NCBI GenBank assembly: GCA_963790205.1
Contig: CAWBNQ010000001.1
Span: forward strand, 960,001 to 1,024,000
Length of the DNA stretch: 64,000 nucleotides
Direction of reading: 5' to 3'
DNA from: Nitrospirota bacterium
GTDB taxonomy: Bacteria > Nitrospirota > UBA9217
Shown here: positions 7,974 through 17,975 of the stretch, in pieces
Numbering within the stretch: position 1 is the stretch's first letter
How the letters are laid out: each line of letters starts with the position of its first letter
Program-made: the position numbers and the translations under genes
Notes under the pieces: generated by a model
What the model was told of the DNA's origin: nothing
Database searches by the model: none
Seen by the model: only the letters and a program-made list of their open reading frames with translations

Positions 7974-10475
7974 CTAGAGTACCAGCGGGAGATAGGCGTT
8001 GAAAGAGCTGCCGTGTCCAGGCCGGCTTGTTACCGTAACATAACCTTCATGTTCCTTGACGATGTCGTAAACCATTGATAGGCCAATCCCGTTTCCCTTC
8101 CAGTCTCCCCGCGACATGAAGAACGGCTCAAAGATCCTCTCCTGCTCCGCCGGGTCAATGACTTCCCCGGTATCGCTCACGGAGACAGTGGCATACGTTC
8201 CAACCCGTCCATAGCCAGTCCGCCGGATAAAATCGGCATCGATCATGGCGCTGCCCGTAGCCACGGTTACCCCTCCCCCTCGCGGCATCCGGTCCCTCGC
8301 GTTGATCACGAGGTTCATGAGCGCGCGCTCTATTTTGATCGGATCGGCCATGACCTTCAGTGATTCTGATGAAGATCGCATCACGAGTTCATACTTCCCG
8401 GTCAGCAGCGCAGCCAGAATCTGGTGTCTTTTCCCGACAAGAGCGTTGATGTCCTGAACGGTCCGCTTCGTCTTTTCGTGTGTGCTGAAGTCCTTCAGGG
8501 TCCGGACCAGGATTTCCACCTGCTCCACCGTGAACATGATTTTCCGCGCCAGTGCGGAGTGATGATGGCCGATCTCGCCGTGTTCCTGAAGTTTTGTGAC
8601 ATGGCGTATGTCTTTCACCAGCCTTTCGAGATCGCCGGAAAGGTATGTCGCCATTCTTCCGACCGCGTCCCGTATCTGCTCATAGCGAAGCCTGCCCTCG
8701 GTCCGTTTGTATTCCGTTATATCAAAAAGGATCCAAAGGGCGGCCGCCCGCTCTCCGTATTCAACGACCGACGACGTCATGACAGCCCACCGATCATTCC
8801 CGTTCTGCTGGCGCACCCGCACTTCCTTCTCCGCATCGCATCTCTGCGGCTCGACCCCTTCGAGGCCGTTCGTCCGAACCACGGTCCGGTACTCCGGCAG
8901 GATAATGTCGTGTATATGCATCGTCATCAGCTGTTTCGAAGGATATCCCGTCATTTCCTCAGCCGCGCTATTTGCATAGACGATAGAGGCTCCTCGATGT
9001 ATAAAGACCGCAGCAGGCATCCTCTGAGCAAGCGTCATAAAGCGTTCTTCGCTCTCCTGCAACGAGGATCGTATCTTGCGAGCGATATCATTAAGCCGGG
9101 CATTTTCGAGTGCGATCGCAGCGTGCGCGGCCAGCGTTTCGAGAAACCCGACATCGCTTTGTACGAACATCTCGCCGCTCACTTTCGCACCGAGAACCAG
9201 CGCCCCCTGCAGCCTTCCCTGAAATAAAAGCGGCACGAGCGCCTCGGCTCCGATCCCCCGCATGTAGGTTTTGAGGAGAAACGTCTCCGGATCCTCTCCC
9301 GCCCCAGCCATCACCGCCAGGATAAGCGACCGGTTCGTCTCCTGCAGTTTCTTCACCGCGATATCCGCAAGGGAGCGCTGATTCTTCATGCCTAAGAAGA
9401 GACCGCGCCCCTGTCGCATGACAAAGCCGTCCTCAGCGTGATAAAGGTAAATCCCCCCATCCCTGATGCCCGGCCCGGCGCACGCCGTCTCGATCAAATA
9501 ATCGATCAGCTCATGTTCTTCCTTTTTCGCGTTCAGGGCTACGATTGCCTCACGCATCAACGGCTCGTAATTATAACGGTCGCCGATGATGAGACTGTTG
9601 ACGAGGGACTGTATCTTTCTGCTCACCGGTGTTCCGAACAGAAAGAAACCAAGGAGCGATAGAGAAATGAAGCTCGACAGCGCTGTTCCGAAAGCGGGCT
9701 CGATCGCCGTCAGCATGGACACCTGAATTCCCGAGCAGACGAGGATCAAAATAAGGGCGCTCAGTGTCCGCGAGACGATGGTGCGCATCTCAAAGAGACT
9801 GTGCCGGACGATGGCATAAAAAGTGAGGACCACCCACGGCAGGCTGAAATAGGACCCCAGTCCCGGCTCGACCCTAAAACCTCCCGCCGCCGGCATAATG
9901 CCCGCGATCGTCACCCCGCCGAACGCGAAGATCAATAAACCGTAAAAAAAATAATCGAGTTGGAACTTCTTAATCCCGGTCACATGGCGTCTGGTACGCA
10001 CTATTTCGACGATCAGCCAGAGGATCATGAGCGAGCCGGCGATGCGCGCGGGAACTTCAAGGGGGCCCGGATGATTTATGTAGGGTATCAGCGAATACCG
10101 GGGCGTGACGATCATATCGGTGAACAGGCAGAGCGCCAGAATGGCCGCCCAATAGGGGTAGAGAATATATCCTACCATGCGCGCGACCCGGCTCGCTTCG
10201 GACCTGAGGTAAAAAAGGAATTGCAGACCGGCGGGAATGGCGAACCACCCGATCCAGTTCAGCCTGGCGAAGAAAATAAAATTGTATCCCCGGGAGGCCA
10301 TGAGATACATGACCGCGGTATTCATCGAGTATGCAGAGGAAAAAAATGCGATTGCGGCGACGGATCTGTGCACAGGGTTGCTTCGCCGGTTCTGGATCAG
10401 CAGGAGGAATCCCAGAAGAAGCTCCATCGCAGAGATCGGCAAGAGAAGGTAAGCGATGATTTTAAGACTGCTCAT
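7974..10475 (-). CDS. 7TM-GAF-PAS sensor histidine-kinase-like protein (H-box degenerate)
   Basis: N-terminal multi-TM region, GAF 'LETLAAHAAIALENARL', PAS, HATPase N/F/G2 boxes 'NLVINARD', 'IFEPFF', 'GIGLS'. Confidence 0.85.
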   Translation of the reverse strand: MSSLKIIAYLLLPISAMELLLGFLLLIQNRRSNPVHRSVAAIAFFSSAYSMNTAVMYLMASRGYNFIFFARLNWIGWFAIPAGLQFLFYLRSEASRVARMVGYILYPYWAAILALCLFTDMIVTPRYSLIPYINHPGPLEVPARIAGSLMILWLIVEIVRTRRHVTGIKKFQLDYFFYGLLIFAFGGVTIAGIMPAAGGFRVEPGLGSYFSLPWVVLTFYAIVRHSLFEMRTIVSRTLSALILILVCSGIQVSMLTAIEPAFGTALSSFISLSLLGFFLFGTPVSRKIQSLVNSLIIGDRYNYEPLMREAIVALNAKKEEHELIDYLIETACAGPGIRDGGIYLYHAEDGFVMRQGRGLFLGMKNQRSLADIAVKKLQETNRSLILAVMAGAGEDPETFLLKTYMRGIGAEALVPLLFQGRLQGALVLGAKVSGEMFVQSDVGFLETLAAHAAIALENARLNDIARKIRSSLQESEERFMTLAQRMPAAVFIHRGASIVYANSAAEEMTGYPSKQLMTMHIHDIILPEYRTVVRTNGLEGVEPQRCDAEKEVRVRQQNGNDRWAVMTSSVVEYGERAAALWILFDITEYKRTEGRLRYEQIRDAVGRMATYLSGDLERLVKDIRHVTKLQEHGEIGHHHSALARKIMFTVEQVEILVRTLKDFSTHEKTKRTVQDINALVGKRHQILAALLTGKYELVMRSSSESLKVMADPIKIERALMNLVINARDRMPRGGGVTVATGSAMIDADFIRRTGYGRVGTYATVSVSDTGEVIDPAEQERIFEPFFMSRGDWKGNGIGLSMVYDIVKEHEGYVTVTSRPGHGSSFNAYLPLVL

Positions 10476-10783
10476 CCGTCAAGTGCTCCTCGCTCGGGCC
10501 GTTATAGGTTTGTACCATGAGAGGACCTGCTCGGAACGCAGGCCGCAGAGACAAAAATTATAGCATATCTGGGCCCTTACGTGCAATAAGGCAATTCGCA
10601 TACATCTTATTATTTATGCTTTGATCCTGTTCTTATAAGAGCATGAGGGCATTCGTAGGAAGGGCTCAGGGGCCGTTGTGTTGAACAATCTGTTCAACCA
10701 GAGCACGGAGAAACGCTTCAATGAGTCCTGGTGATGTTTTTTTTGCTTTTGCCGCTTCTGCATCTTATGGTATACTCGCATGC

Positions 10784-12304
10784 ATGATAAACGATATCAT
10801 ACCGCTTGACCAGGTGCTCCAAAAGCGGGCGACCCTGACGCCGCGCGCGATTTTTGTGAAGTTCGAGGGCACGAAATTCTCCTACCGGGAAATGGACCGG
10901 CTGGCAACGGTGTTTGCCGCGGAGCTGGTCAAGCGCGGCATGAAGCAGGGCGACCGCGTTGCCCTGCTGTGCCATAATTGCCCGCATTACATTGCCGCCT
11001 ATTTCGGGATCATCAAGGGCGGCGGCATTGTGCTGCCGCTGAACAATCTTCTGACCGCCGAGGAGATCGATTTTATCCTGAATGACGCCGGCGTCGTGAT
11101 ATGCCTGCACGACGCTGATTGCGCAGGCACGGCCCAAAAGCTGGCCCGCACTCCCGGGCGCTCCTTGTTCACGCTTTCGGAGCTCGCCCTTGCAAAGGCC
11201 GGCACGGGATCCTTCGTGTCGCCGCCCCATACGGCTGACGATGTTTCGACCATCCTGTATACCTCCGGCACCACGGGCCGGCCCAAGGGGGCCCTCCTGA
11301 CCCACCGGAACTTTCTCGCGAATGCCCAGGCTGCAACAGAGGTCATTCACATCACCCACAAGGACCGGTTCGTCGTGTTCCTGCCGCTGTTCCATTCGTT
11401 CACCTACACGGTTTGCGTAATTCTCCCGCTCATTACGGGCGCGATGATCTCCCTCCTGCCCTCGGTACGGCCTTTCGGCCGGGTCGTGAGAAGCCTCATC
11501 ATGGACCGGATCACGCTTTTCGTCGCCATCCCCACGGTCTACAAGATCCTGGCCGAAAGGAACATGCCCTTTTTCGTGAAGCTGCTCTTGAATCTGAGGC
11601 TCTGCGTATCAGGCGCGGCCCCGCTGCCCGTCAAGGTGATCCATGACTTCGAAACCGCGTTCAAGGTCCCGCTGCTGGAGGGATACGGCCTGACCGAAGC
11701 GGCGCCCGTGGTTTCGTTCAACCCGCTGGACAAGACAAAAAGGAAGCCCGGCACCGTGGGCCTGCCGCTCCCCGGGATCTCCGTCAAGGTCGTCGACGAC
11801 AGCGGGACGCAGTGCCCGCCGGGAATAGCCGGCGAGCTGCTCGTGAAGGGGCCGAATGTGATGCGGGGCTATTTGAACAAACAGGAGGATACGGCCAAAA
11901 CCATCAGGGACGGCTGGCTCTATACCGGCGATGTGGCCTCAATCGACCAGTCGGGGCACATCAGGATCATAGACCGGAAAAAAGACATGATCATCGTTGA
12001 CGGATTGAATGTGTATCCCTATGAAGTCGAGGAAGTGCTCTGCCGTCACGAAGCGATCAAAGACTGTTCCATGATCGGCGTTCCTCATGAACATGAGGAG
12101 GGAAAAGAGCTGGCGATCATGTACACGGTCATCAAAGAAGGCGCACAGGTAACACCCAAGGCGCTCCGGGAATACCTCACCGGGCACGTCGCGCATTACA
12201 AGATACCCCGCCGGTTCATCTTCACCGAAGAACTGCCGCGGACCGCTACCGGCAAGATCATGAAAAAAGAGTTGAGAAAGCAGTACCGGGAAAAGGGCCT
12301 TTAG
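10784..12304 (+). CDS. Long-chain fatty-acid--CoA ligase (AMP-binding)
   Basis: 'YTSGTTGRPKG', 'EGYGLTE', 'GWLYTGD', 'LPRTATGKI'; start placed at ATG 10784 just after TATACT. Confidence 0.9.
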   Translation: MINDIIPLDQVLQKRATLTPRAIFVKFEGTKFSYREMDRLATVFAAELVKRGMKQGDRVALLCHNCPHYIAAYFGIIKGGGIVLPLNNLLTAEEIDFILNDAGVVICLHDADCAGTAQKLARTPGRSLFTLSELALAKAGTGSFVSPPHTADDVSTILYTSGTTGRPKGALLTHRNFLANAQAATEVIHITHKDRFVVFLPLFHSFTYTVCVILPLITGAMISLLPSVRPFGRVVRSLIMDRITLFVAIPTVYKILAERNMPFFVKLLLNLRLCVSGAAPLPVKVIHDFETAFKVPLLEGYGLTEAAPVVSFNPLDKTKRKPGTVGLPLPGISVKVVDDSGTQCPPGIAGELLVKGPNVMRGYLNKQEDTAKTIRDGWLYTGDVASIDQSGHIRIIDRKKDMIIVDGLNVYPYEVEEVLCRHEAIKDCSMIGVPHEHEEGKELAIMYTVIKEGAQVTPKALREYLTGHVAHYKIPRRFIFTEELPRTATGKIMKKELRKQYREKGL

Positions 12305-12378
12305 GGTCGGGACTCCTTTAACGTCATTTCACGTTCCTTCGTTTATGTGATGATGGACCAACATACCCGCCTCCCATG

Positions 12379-12412
12379 AACAAAGGCCCGCAAAACTTCG
12401 CGGGCCTTTGTT
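12379..12412. terminator. Bidirectional terminator between convergent genes
   Basis: AACAAAGGCCCGC...GCGGGCCTTTGTT. Confidence 0.8.
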
Positions 12413-12442
12413 ACGTCGAGCATCAGCGGGCCTCGAGACCGT

Positions 12443-15400
12443 TCACTGGCCGAATTGGTAATACACCATACTATTCTCGCCGTTTACGCCGATGGCCTGG
12501 AGGGAGATGATCGCGATCTTGACCGGCAGAGAGGCGCAGGTCGTCGGGAACGTAATCTGGGCCGTGGTCGAGGCTATGCCGAGGGTCGGCCCGATCTTTT
12601 TGCATACCTTGGTCGTCTGGTCGTACGTAGGTCCGGTGAACGTCTCTAAATCCATCCAGACTTGGGCGATCGCGTAGGTCTTGGGCAGCGTCCAGCTCAC
12701 GGTCAGCGGGTGCCCGAGGTTGGCGTCAGTGATGGCCGTCCCCGCAGGACTTGTGATGCTGATCGGTTCATTGGTGAACGTATTGAGCGTCTCCGTATAG
12801 GTCGCGGTCGGTGCGCTTAGCGGCGGGGTCACCACGACCGTGAATGGCGTGCCAGCTGGAACAGGCTGTCCCGAGAAGTCCATCAGCTCATAACCCTCCA
12901 TATTCATCCCGGAATCCATCGATACCCCCTGCCATGTCAACGGCGTAGCAATGGTCCAGGTACCTCCGGAAATAACAGCGCCTGCCACGATGCCCTGGGG
13001 TGCGATGACATCCGCCTCGATCACCGGCCCGCTGCTCATTCCGAACGGTCCCTGGTTCGTGTTCATCATTGCGCGGACCTGGATCTCCGCCAGGCGGCCG
13101 TTGCCGGATATGAGCCAGGCACCGCTCACCTGCTTGAACGAGAAGTCATAGGCCATGAAAGAGGTCAGGCCCCCCTGGCTTACGGCGAGCTGGAACACCA
13201 CATCCGCAAGGCCGTTTGTTGTGTCGATCGAGTTGATGCTGAGCACGGAAGTAGACAATGTCCTTCCGGCAAGGTACGAGGCAAAGAAGGTCGCGAGCTG
13301 GGTCCGGTTAAACCCGTTATGGAGCAGCGCGAGGTCCAGGTAGGGCAGCAGGTCGCTCCCGCTCAGTGAGGCGCCTTTGATAGTGACGGTATGCGCGAAA
13401 TTCCCCATCAGGGCGGTGATGCTGTCCAGCGCTGTTTGCTCCGCCGGCAGCGTCGGCACGACCGTGGCGTTGCTGCTGCTGCTGGTCCCGTTCGTGTTCG
13501 TGGTCGTGGTGGAGACGGTGACGGAGCTGTCGAGCGTCGACACAATCAGCGTTGAATTCTGGGTTGTGGTCCCGTCCGAGACCAGGACCGCGCCCGTGCC
13601 GGGATCGATTGAGACCTGGTCAAGCACTGCGTCGACGCCGGTCCCGCCGGCGCTGAAGGGAGTGGAGATGAGGTTGAAATTGCTTGCGGTCACACCGGCC
13701 TGGTTAAGCCAGAGCTGCATCATGTTCTGGACCGCGGTGCCGAGCACCGCTACCGCAGTGGGAGGAGGAGCAGGATACGTTACCGGATTGGCGAAGGCCG
13801 TGTCCATGGAATCGCCTTGTGCCCCATACCAGGACCGGATGATGAGGTCCGTGAGCGGGGTAATGTTCACGGTCGTTGCCGCTGCGGCGTCGGCGCTTAC
13901 GCTATAGAAGGTTGATCCGGTGCCGGTCGTCGCGAGCAGCAAAAAGGGCGGCGTGAGGCCGGTCGTTTCAATGCCATAGGCGCCGTTGCCTGCCGTGACC
14001 GCTGTCTGGCTGATCCCGTGAATGTCCGTGACCGTGACCGTGGCGCCCGAGATCGGCGCGCCGGAGGCCACCGTGCCTCTTGCGGTATGGGTGGCCGTTG
14101 CGATGAAGTTGAGACTGGCGATGTTCGCGCCCGTTATGGTCTTGGTCGCATTCGCCGGAGAGAATGCGCACCCGAACTTGCTCGGTGTAATGGTGTAGGT
14201 GCCGCCGCTCTTGAGCCCCTTGATGAGGTAGTTGCCGACGGCATCTGTTATGCCTGCAGCCGCGGGATCCCCGGCCACGCTGATCAGGACCCCGGGCAGG
14301 GCCGCGCTGTTCAAAGTTGCCTTGCCCGAGATGCTGTAGGTGGCGCCGGCGCTCTGTGATGCCAGGAAATCTACTCCCGTGACATCGGCGGCGCTCAGAA
14401 TAACTCCTCTGCTCAGGGGGCCGAACGTGTACCCCGTCTTGCCCGGCGTCACGCTGTAGTTGCCCAGGGGCAGCTTGCCGAAGGAGTATGTTCCGTCCAC
14501 GGCGGTCTGGACGCTGCCGCCCACTATGCCGGCCAGGGTCACGGTCACACCGGTAACGGTTGCTCCGCTCACCGTGCCGGAAAGGGTGTACACGGGGTCC
14601 GAGGACGCCGTGGCTTTGAAGTTCGCGGTCGTAATGTTCGCGGTGGTGACGGCCAGGGCCGTGCTCGCGGGATTGAAGTAATAACCAGCCTTGGCGGCCG
14701 ATATTGTGTAGTTCCCTTTGAGGAGCGTCTTAAAGGAGTACTTCCCAAGGGAGTCGGTCGTGGTTGTGTTGCTGTCGTCTCCGCCCAGCGTCATGGTGAC
14801 GCTGGTGACGGTTGCTCCGCTCACCGTGCCGGAGATGGTGAAAACGGGAAGGATCGTGAAGTTGGCGTCGCTCGTGTCCGTGGCGAGCACAACGCCGGAT
14901 TTGCTCTTGATCACAACCTTTACCTTGGCGTTCTTGACAGCGGTTACGGCAGGCACTTGCCAATCCCACGTGTACGTTCCGGGGGTAATGGCGCTGCCGC
15001 CCGAGATTATGCCGATCACGGGCCAGGAAGAGCCGCCGTTGATGGTGTACGAGACGGTCGCGCTCGCGGAAGTGTTGGTCAAACCGGAAACGAGAAACCC
15101 GATCGTGTACGTGCCGGTCTTGGCGCTCATGAGCTCTCCGCCGTTCGGCGCGGTCACCTTGAGCACTTGCATGGTAAAGGGCGCATCGGAGATGTCCGTG
15201 CCGATCATGCTGGAACCATTGTAGGCGACGATCTTCACCTTGCACGCGGTCATATTGCCCGCGGGAGGCACGGGCAGCGGCGACCACATATGGTCGGTGC
15301 CGGTCGCATTCGTCGCAAGAGAGGTCCACGTTGTTCCGTTGTTCAGGGTGTAGTAAAGATTGAAGCTTGTCGCCGTGGCGGTCGAGTCCCAGGTGATGTC

Positions 15401-16279
15401 AAACGAGCCGCCTGCCGCGAGGACATTGCTGCCGTTCGGGGAGGTCAGCCGGACGTTGTTGACGGCAAAGACCTTGTCCGACATATCGGTTCCCACGACG
15501 ACGCCTGCGTTATTTTTCGCGACAACTTTTACCTTGCAGGCGGTCATGTTGCTCTTCGGCACCGGCCAGGTCCAGGGATACGTGATGCCCATAAAACCCG
15601 GGCCGGTATAATTGCTTGCAATGGACGTCCAGGTCGTGCCGTTGTTCGTCGTGAAGTACAGATCGTATTTCTCGGCGGCAGCGGGGGCGTTCCACGTGAT
15701 GTTTACCGGGGCGCCGGCTATCAGGTTCTCCCCTCCGTTGGGGTACGTGACCTTGAGCGCCGTATTCGGGCTCACCACGACCTTGTCGAGCCAGGCAGCG
15801 TCGCTGCCTCCGTTTATCGTGAGATTCTTGGCGTATTTCCAGACGAGCGTATGGGTCCCGGTCGGAAGCGTAAAGAGCTTCTGCTGCCAGTTGACCGAGC
15901 CGCTGATCGTGCTCTTTACCGAGCCGTCGAGGGAGAAGGTCAATTTGTCATAGGTGAGCTGCGAGGACACCTTCTGATAGAACGAGAGGGAGGCCGGCCC
16001 GGTCACGGTCGTCGTGATCGAGGAATACGCCCCTCCGCCGATGGCGCCGCTCTGGGCAACAGTGCCGGAACCGCCGTTGTACAGCGTCGCAGTCACCGCG
16101 GACCAGGGCGCGGCCCCGTCCGGGGTAAACGCCAGAGGCGTCACGCCGTCCGTCTGAACGGGATTGTCGAGCGCGCCGGCGATTCCAATGCTTGCATGAC
16201 CTGAGGCGGGGAGAAAAAAGCTCAATATGAGCAATGCGCATACATGACCGATAAATACCAGATATCTCATCCGTGACAT
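12443..16279 (-). CDS. Large secreted Thr/Ser/Gly-rich surface protein with Ig-like and carboxypeptidase-regulatory-like repeats
   Basis: Signal peptide, three 'PNGG(E)'-type Ig-like repeats, repeated '(Y/F)xISGxV' modules; GAAGGAG RBS before ATG 16279. Confidence 0.8.
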   Translation of the reverse strand: MSRMRYLVFIGHVCALLILSFFLPASGHASIGIAGALDNPVQTDGVTPLAFTPDGAAPWSAVTATLYNGGSGTVAQSGAIGGGAYSSITTTVTGPASLSFYQKVSSQLTYDKLTFSLDGSVKSTISGSVNWQQKLFTLPTGTHTLVWKYAKNLTINGGSDAAWLDKVVVSPNTALKVTYPNGGENLIAGAPVNITWNAPAAAEKYDLYFTTNNGTTWTSIASNYTGPGFMGITYPWTWPVPKSNMTACKVKVVAKNNAGVVVGTDMSDKVFAVNNVRLTSPNGSNVLAAGGSFDITWDSTATATSFNLYYTLNNGTTWTSLATNATGTDHMWSPLPVPPAGNMTACKVKIVAYNGSSMIGTDISDAPFTMQVLKVTAPNGGELMSAKTGTYTIGFLVSGLTNTSASATVSYTINGGSSWPVIGIISGGSAITPGTYTWDWQVPAVTAVKNAKVKVVIKSKSGVVLATDTSDANFTILPVFTISGTVSGATVTSVTMTLGGDDSNTTTTDSLGKYSFKTLLKGNYTISAAKAGYYFNPASTALAVTTANITTANFKATASSDPVYTLSGTVSGATVTGVTVTLAGIVGGSVQTAVDGTYSFGKLPLGNYSVTPGKTGYTFGPLSRGVILSAADVTGVDFLASQSAGATYSISGKATLNSAALPGVLISVAGDPAAAGITDAVGNYLIKGLKSGGTYTITPSKFGCAFSPANATKTITGANIASLNFIATATHTARGTVASGAPISGATVTVTDIHGISQTAVTAGNGAYGIETTGLTPPFLLLATTGTGSTFYSVSADAAAATTVNITPLTDLIIRSWYGAQGDSMDTAFANPVTYPAPPPTAVAVLGTAVQNMMQLWLNQAGVTASNFNLISTPFSAGGTGVDAVLDQVSIDPGTGAVLVSDGTTTQNSTLIVSTLDSSVTVSTTTTNTNGTSSSSNATVVPTLPAEQTALDSITALMGNFAHTVTIKGASLSGSDLLPYLDLALLHNGFNRTQLATFFASYLAGRTLSTSVLSINSIDTTNGLADVVFQLAVSQGGLTSFMAYDFSFKQVSGAWLISGNGRLAEIQVRAMMNTNQGPFGMSSGPVIEADVIAPQGIVAGAVISGGTWTIATPLTWQGVSMDSGMNMEGYELMDFSGQPVPAGTPFTVVVTPPLSAPTATYTETLNTFTNEPISITSPAGTAITDANLGHPLTVSWTLPKTYAIAQVWMDLETFTGPTYDQTTKVCKKIGPTLGIASTTAQITFPTTCASLPVKIAIISLQAIGVNGENSMVYYQFGQ

Positions 16280-16504
16280 AGTGTTCTCCTTCGACATAGA
16301 CATATGTAATGAGCTACCGTTAAATTATAAGTGTTAACGTTCAAAGTTCACAAGTGCACTCGAAAGCGACAGCAACTGCCTATGCTCAGCCCTTTCCGCC
16401 TTCGCGCCTGCGAGAGGGAGCTGCTTCAATTCGGTCGGAATGAGGAATGAAGTGTTTAACGCTATCCTGATTAAAGAATGGGAGCTATCATGGACAGGTG
16501 CTTC

Positions 16505-16532
16505 ATTATACGGCTATGCAACTTATTGTCAA
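16505..16532 (-). promoter_or_regulatory. Consensus sigma70 promoter for the large surface protein
   Basis: TTGACA-16 nt-TATAAT on the minus strand. Confidence 0.65.
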
Positions 16533-16809
16533 CAAAGAAAGGCCACACTACCCAATCGGGGAGGTGAGGCGGGCTAGGTTGGAAATATGAAGTGAACACA
16601 GTGCGGAGTGTCGAGTGCGGAATGGATGACGTAAGTTCTGAATCCGGAGTGGGTAAGACTTGCAGTCACCGGGTACGTTACGAGTCAGCTTGCAAAACGA
16701 TTGAAGTGCCATAAAATGCACTGTAAGGAACAACGGATGGGTCCAAAAGCGACCAGCTTTCTACCCTACGCTGATGAGACTCGAAACGAACTTGACCAAA
16801 CCCGGCACT

Positions 16810-16968
16810 CTAACGGCGATCTCTACGATCACCGCGATCTCCATGATCATCATGATCACCGCGGTCGTGTCCTCGATGGCCGCCGTCCACAGGTACAAAA
16901 ATGGGAAAACAACCGCTTAATACGACCAACAGAATCCCGATTACCATTAATCTTATTTTTTTCATCAT
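16810..16968 (-). CDS. Small lipoprotein with His/Asp/Arg/Gly-rich tail
   Basis: MMKKIRLMVIGILLVVLSGC (lipobox LSGC) then FPIFVPVDGGHRGHDRGDHDDHGDRGDRRDRR. Confidence 0.65.
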   Translation of the reverse strand: MMKKIRLMVIGILLVVLSGCFPIFVPVDGGHRGHDRGDHDDHGDRGDRRDRR

Positions 16969-17234
16969 TGTCTTGTCATCCCTCTTTTGTTCTTCGGATC
17001 GTCTCAGTTTCCTGACCAAAGATGCCGCGGTTCTTCCGGCAATACTCGATTGAATCCTGGAGCGAGCGGACTCCCGCGGATGCCTATACGAGCCTTCATT
17101 TGCTGCAAAAAATTTCACATTCACATTATAGCATCGGTTATTTCAAGACGCAAGCGGCAGGGGTAACCCAGCCCCTCCCCAGGTTGCAGCCTTCCGGCGG
17201 GTGTCAGACCTTGCGGTATCAATCATGTTCGGTC

Positions 17235-17975
17235 TTACTTAAAGGTGACCGATGCGTGCTCATCAAAGGGATTTGTCCTTACGGCAAGAGAGAACAGATA
17301 CGGATATTCCTTCTTGAGGTGCTTCATATAGCTGAGCCATTCGCTGATCAGGATTATATAGGCCCTCCTGACGTCTCCCGCGAGATGTTCCCGGTCTGAA
17401 GCCGGGAGATGCGCCAGGTCGGTCCGGGCCTCAAGCTCTTCCGTCAGGTGAAAAATCGCCCAGAGCAGTTCCGTAAACGTCTCGTGCTCGAGCAGGCTCT
17501 GGTTTTCGAGAAGCCTCAGGAGAAAATCGCGTTTCTTGCTCAGAAAAAGCCCGAGCGCTCCCAGATCGTTTTTCTGCACGTCTATATGGTAATCGTACTT
17601 TTGAAGATCCGTCATGACCTGGGCAAACTGCCGGTCGCTCCAGTCCCTGTTCACGAGCAGTTCCGGCCTGATGCGGTCAACATGGTGATCAAAACCCGAG
17701 AACGACTTCAGCAGATGAGTGCCTGCCTCGCTGAAAAAAGCACCGATGACCATGTTCAGCTTGTTCAGCATCGCCGTTTTTTCCCGCAACCGCAGCACTT
17801 GATCGATGATCACCGTTACGATCAGTATCTGGATCGGAACGAAAGCCAGGTCCTGAAGGAGATAAAATAAGGTGTCGCGTCCGGCACGGAAGAGCCGTAT
17901 CTGAATAAAATACGTCAGCGCGGAAAGCATGACCAAACCAATGCCGAATGCTATCTGTCTTCGCAGATTCTTCAT
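17235..17975 (-). CDS. Conserved hypothetical membrane protein (2 N-terminal TM)
   Basis: ATGA overlap with upstream methyltransferase stop; 'LLENQSLLEHETFTELLWAIFHLTEEL'. Confidence 0.75.
   Translation of the reverse strand: MKNLRRQIAFGIGLVMLSALTYFIQIRLFRAGRDTLFYLLQDLAFVPIQILIVTVIIDQVLRLREKTAMLNKLNMVIGAFFSEAGTHLLKSFSGFDHHVDRIRPELLVNRDWSDRQFAQVMTDLQKYDYHIDVQKNDLGALGLFLSKKRDFLLRLLENQSLLEHETFTELLWAIFHLTEELEARTDLAHLPASDREHLAGDVRRAYIILISEWLSYMKHLKKEYPYLFSLAVRTNPFDEHASVTFK

Noticed and set aside
10680..10698. Inverted repeat GTTGAACA-ATC-TGTTCAAC as a fatty-acid regulator operator
   Set aside because: Plausible but short, and cannot be assigned without other copies
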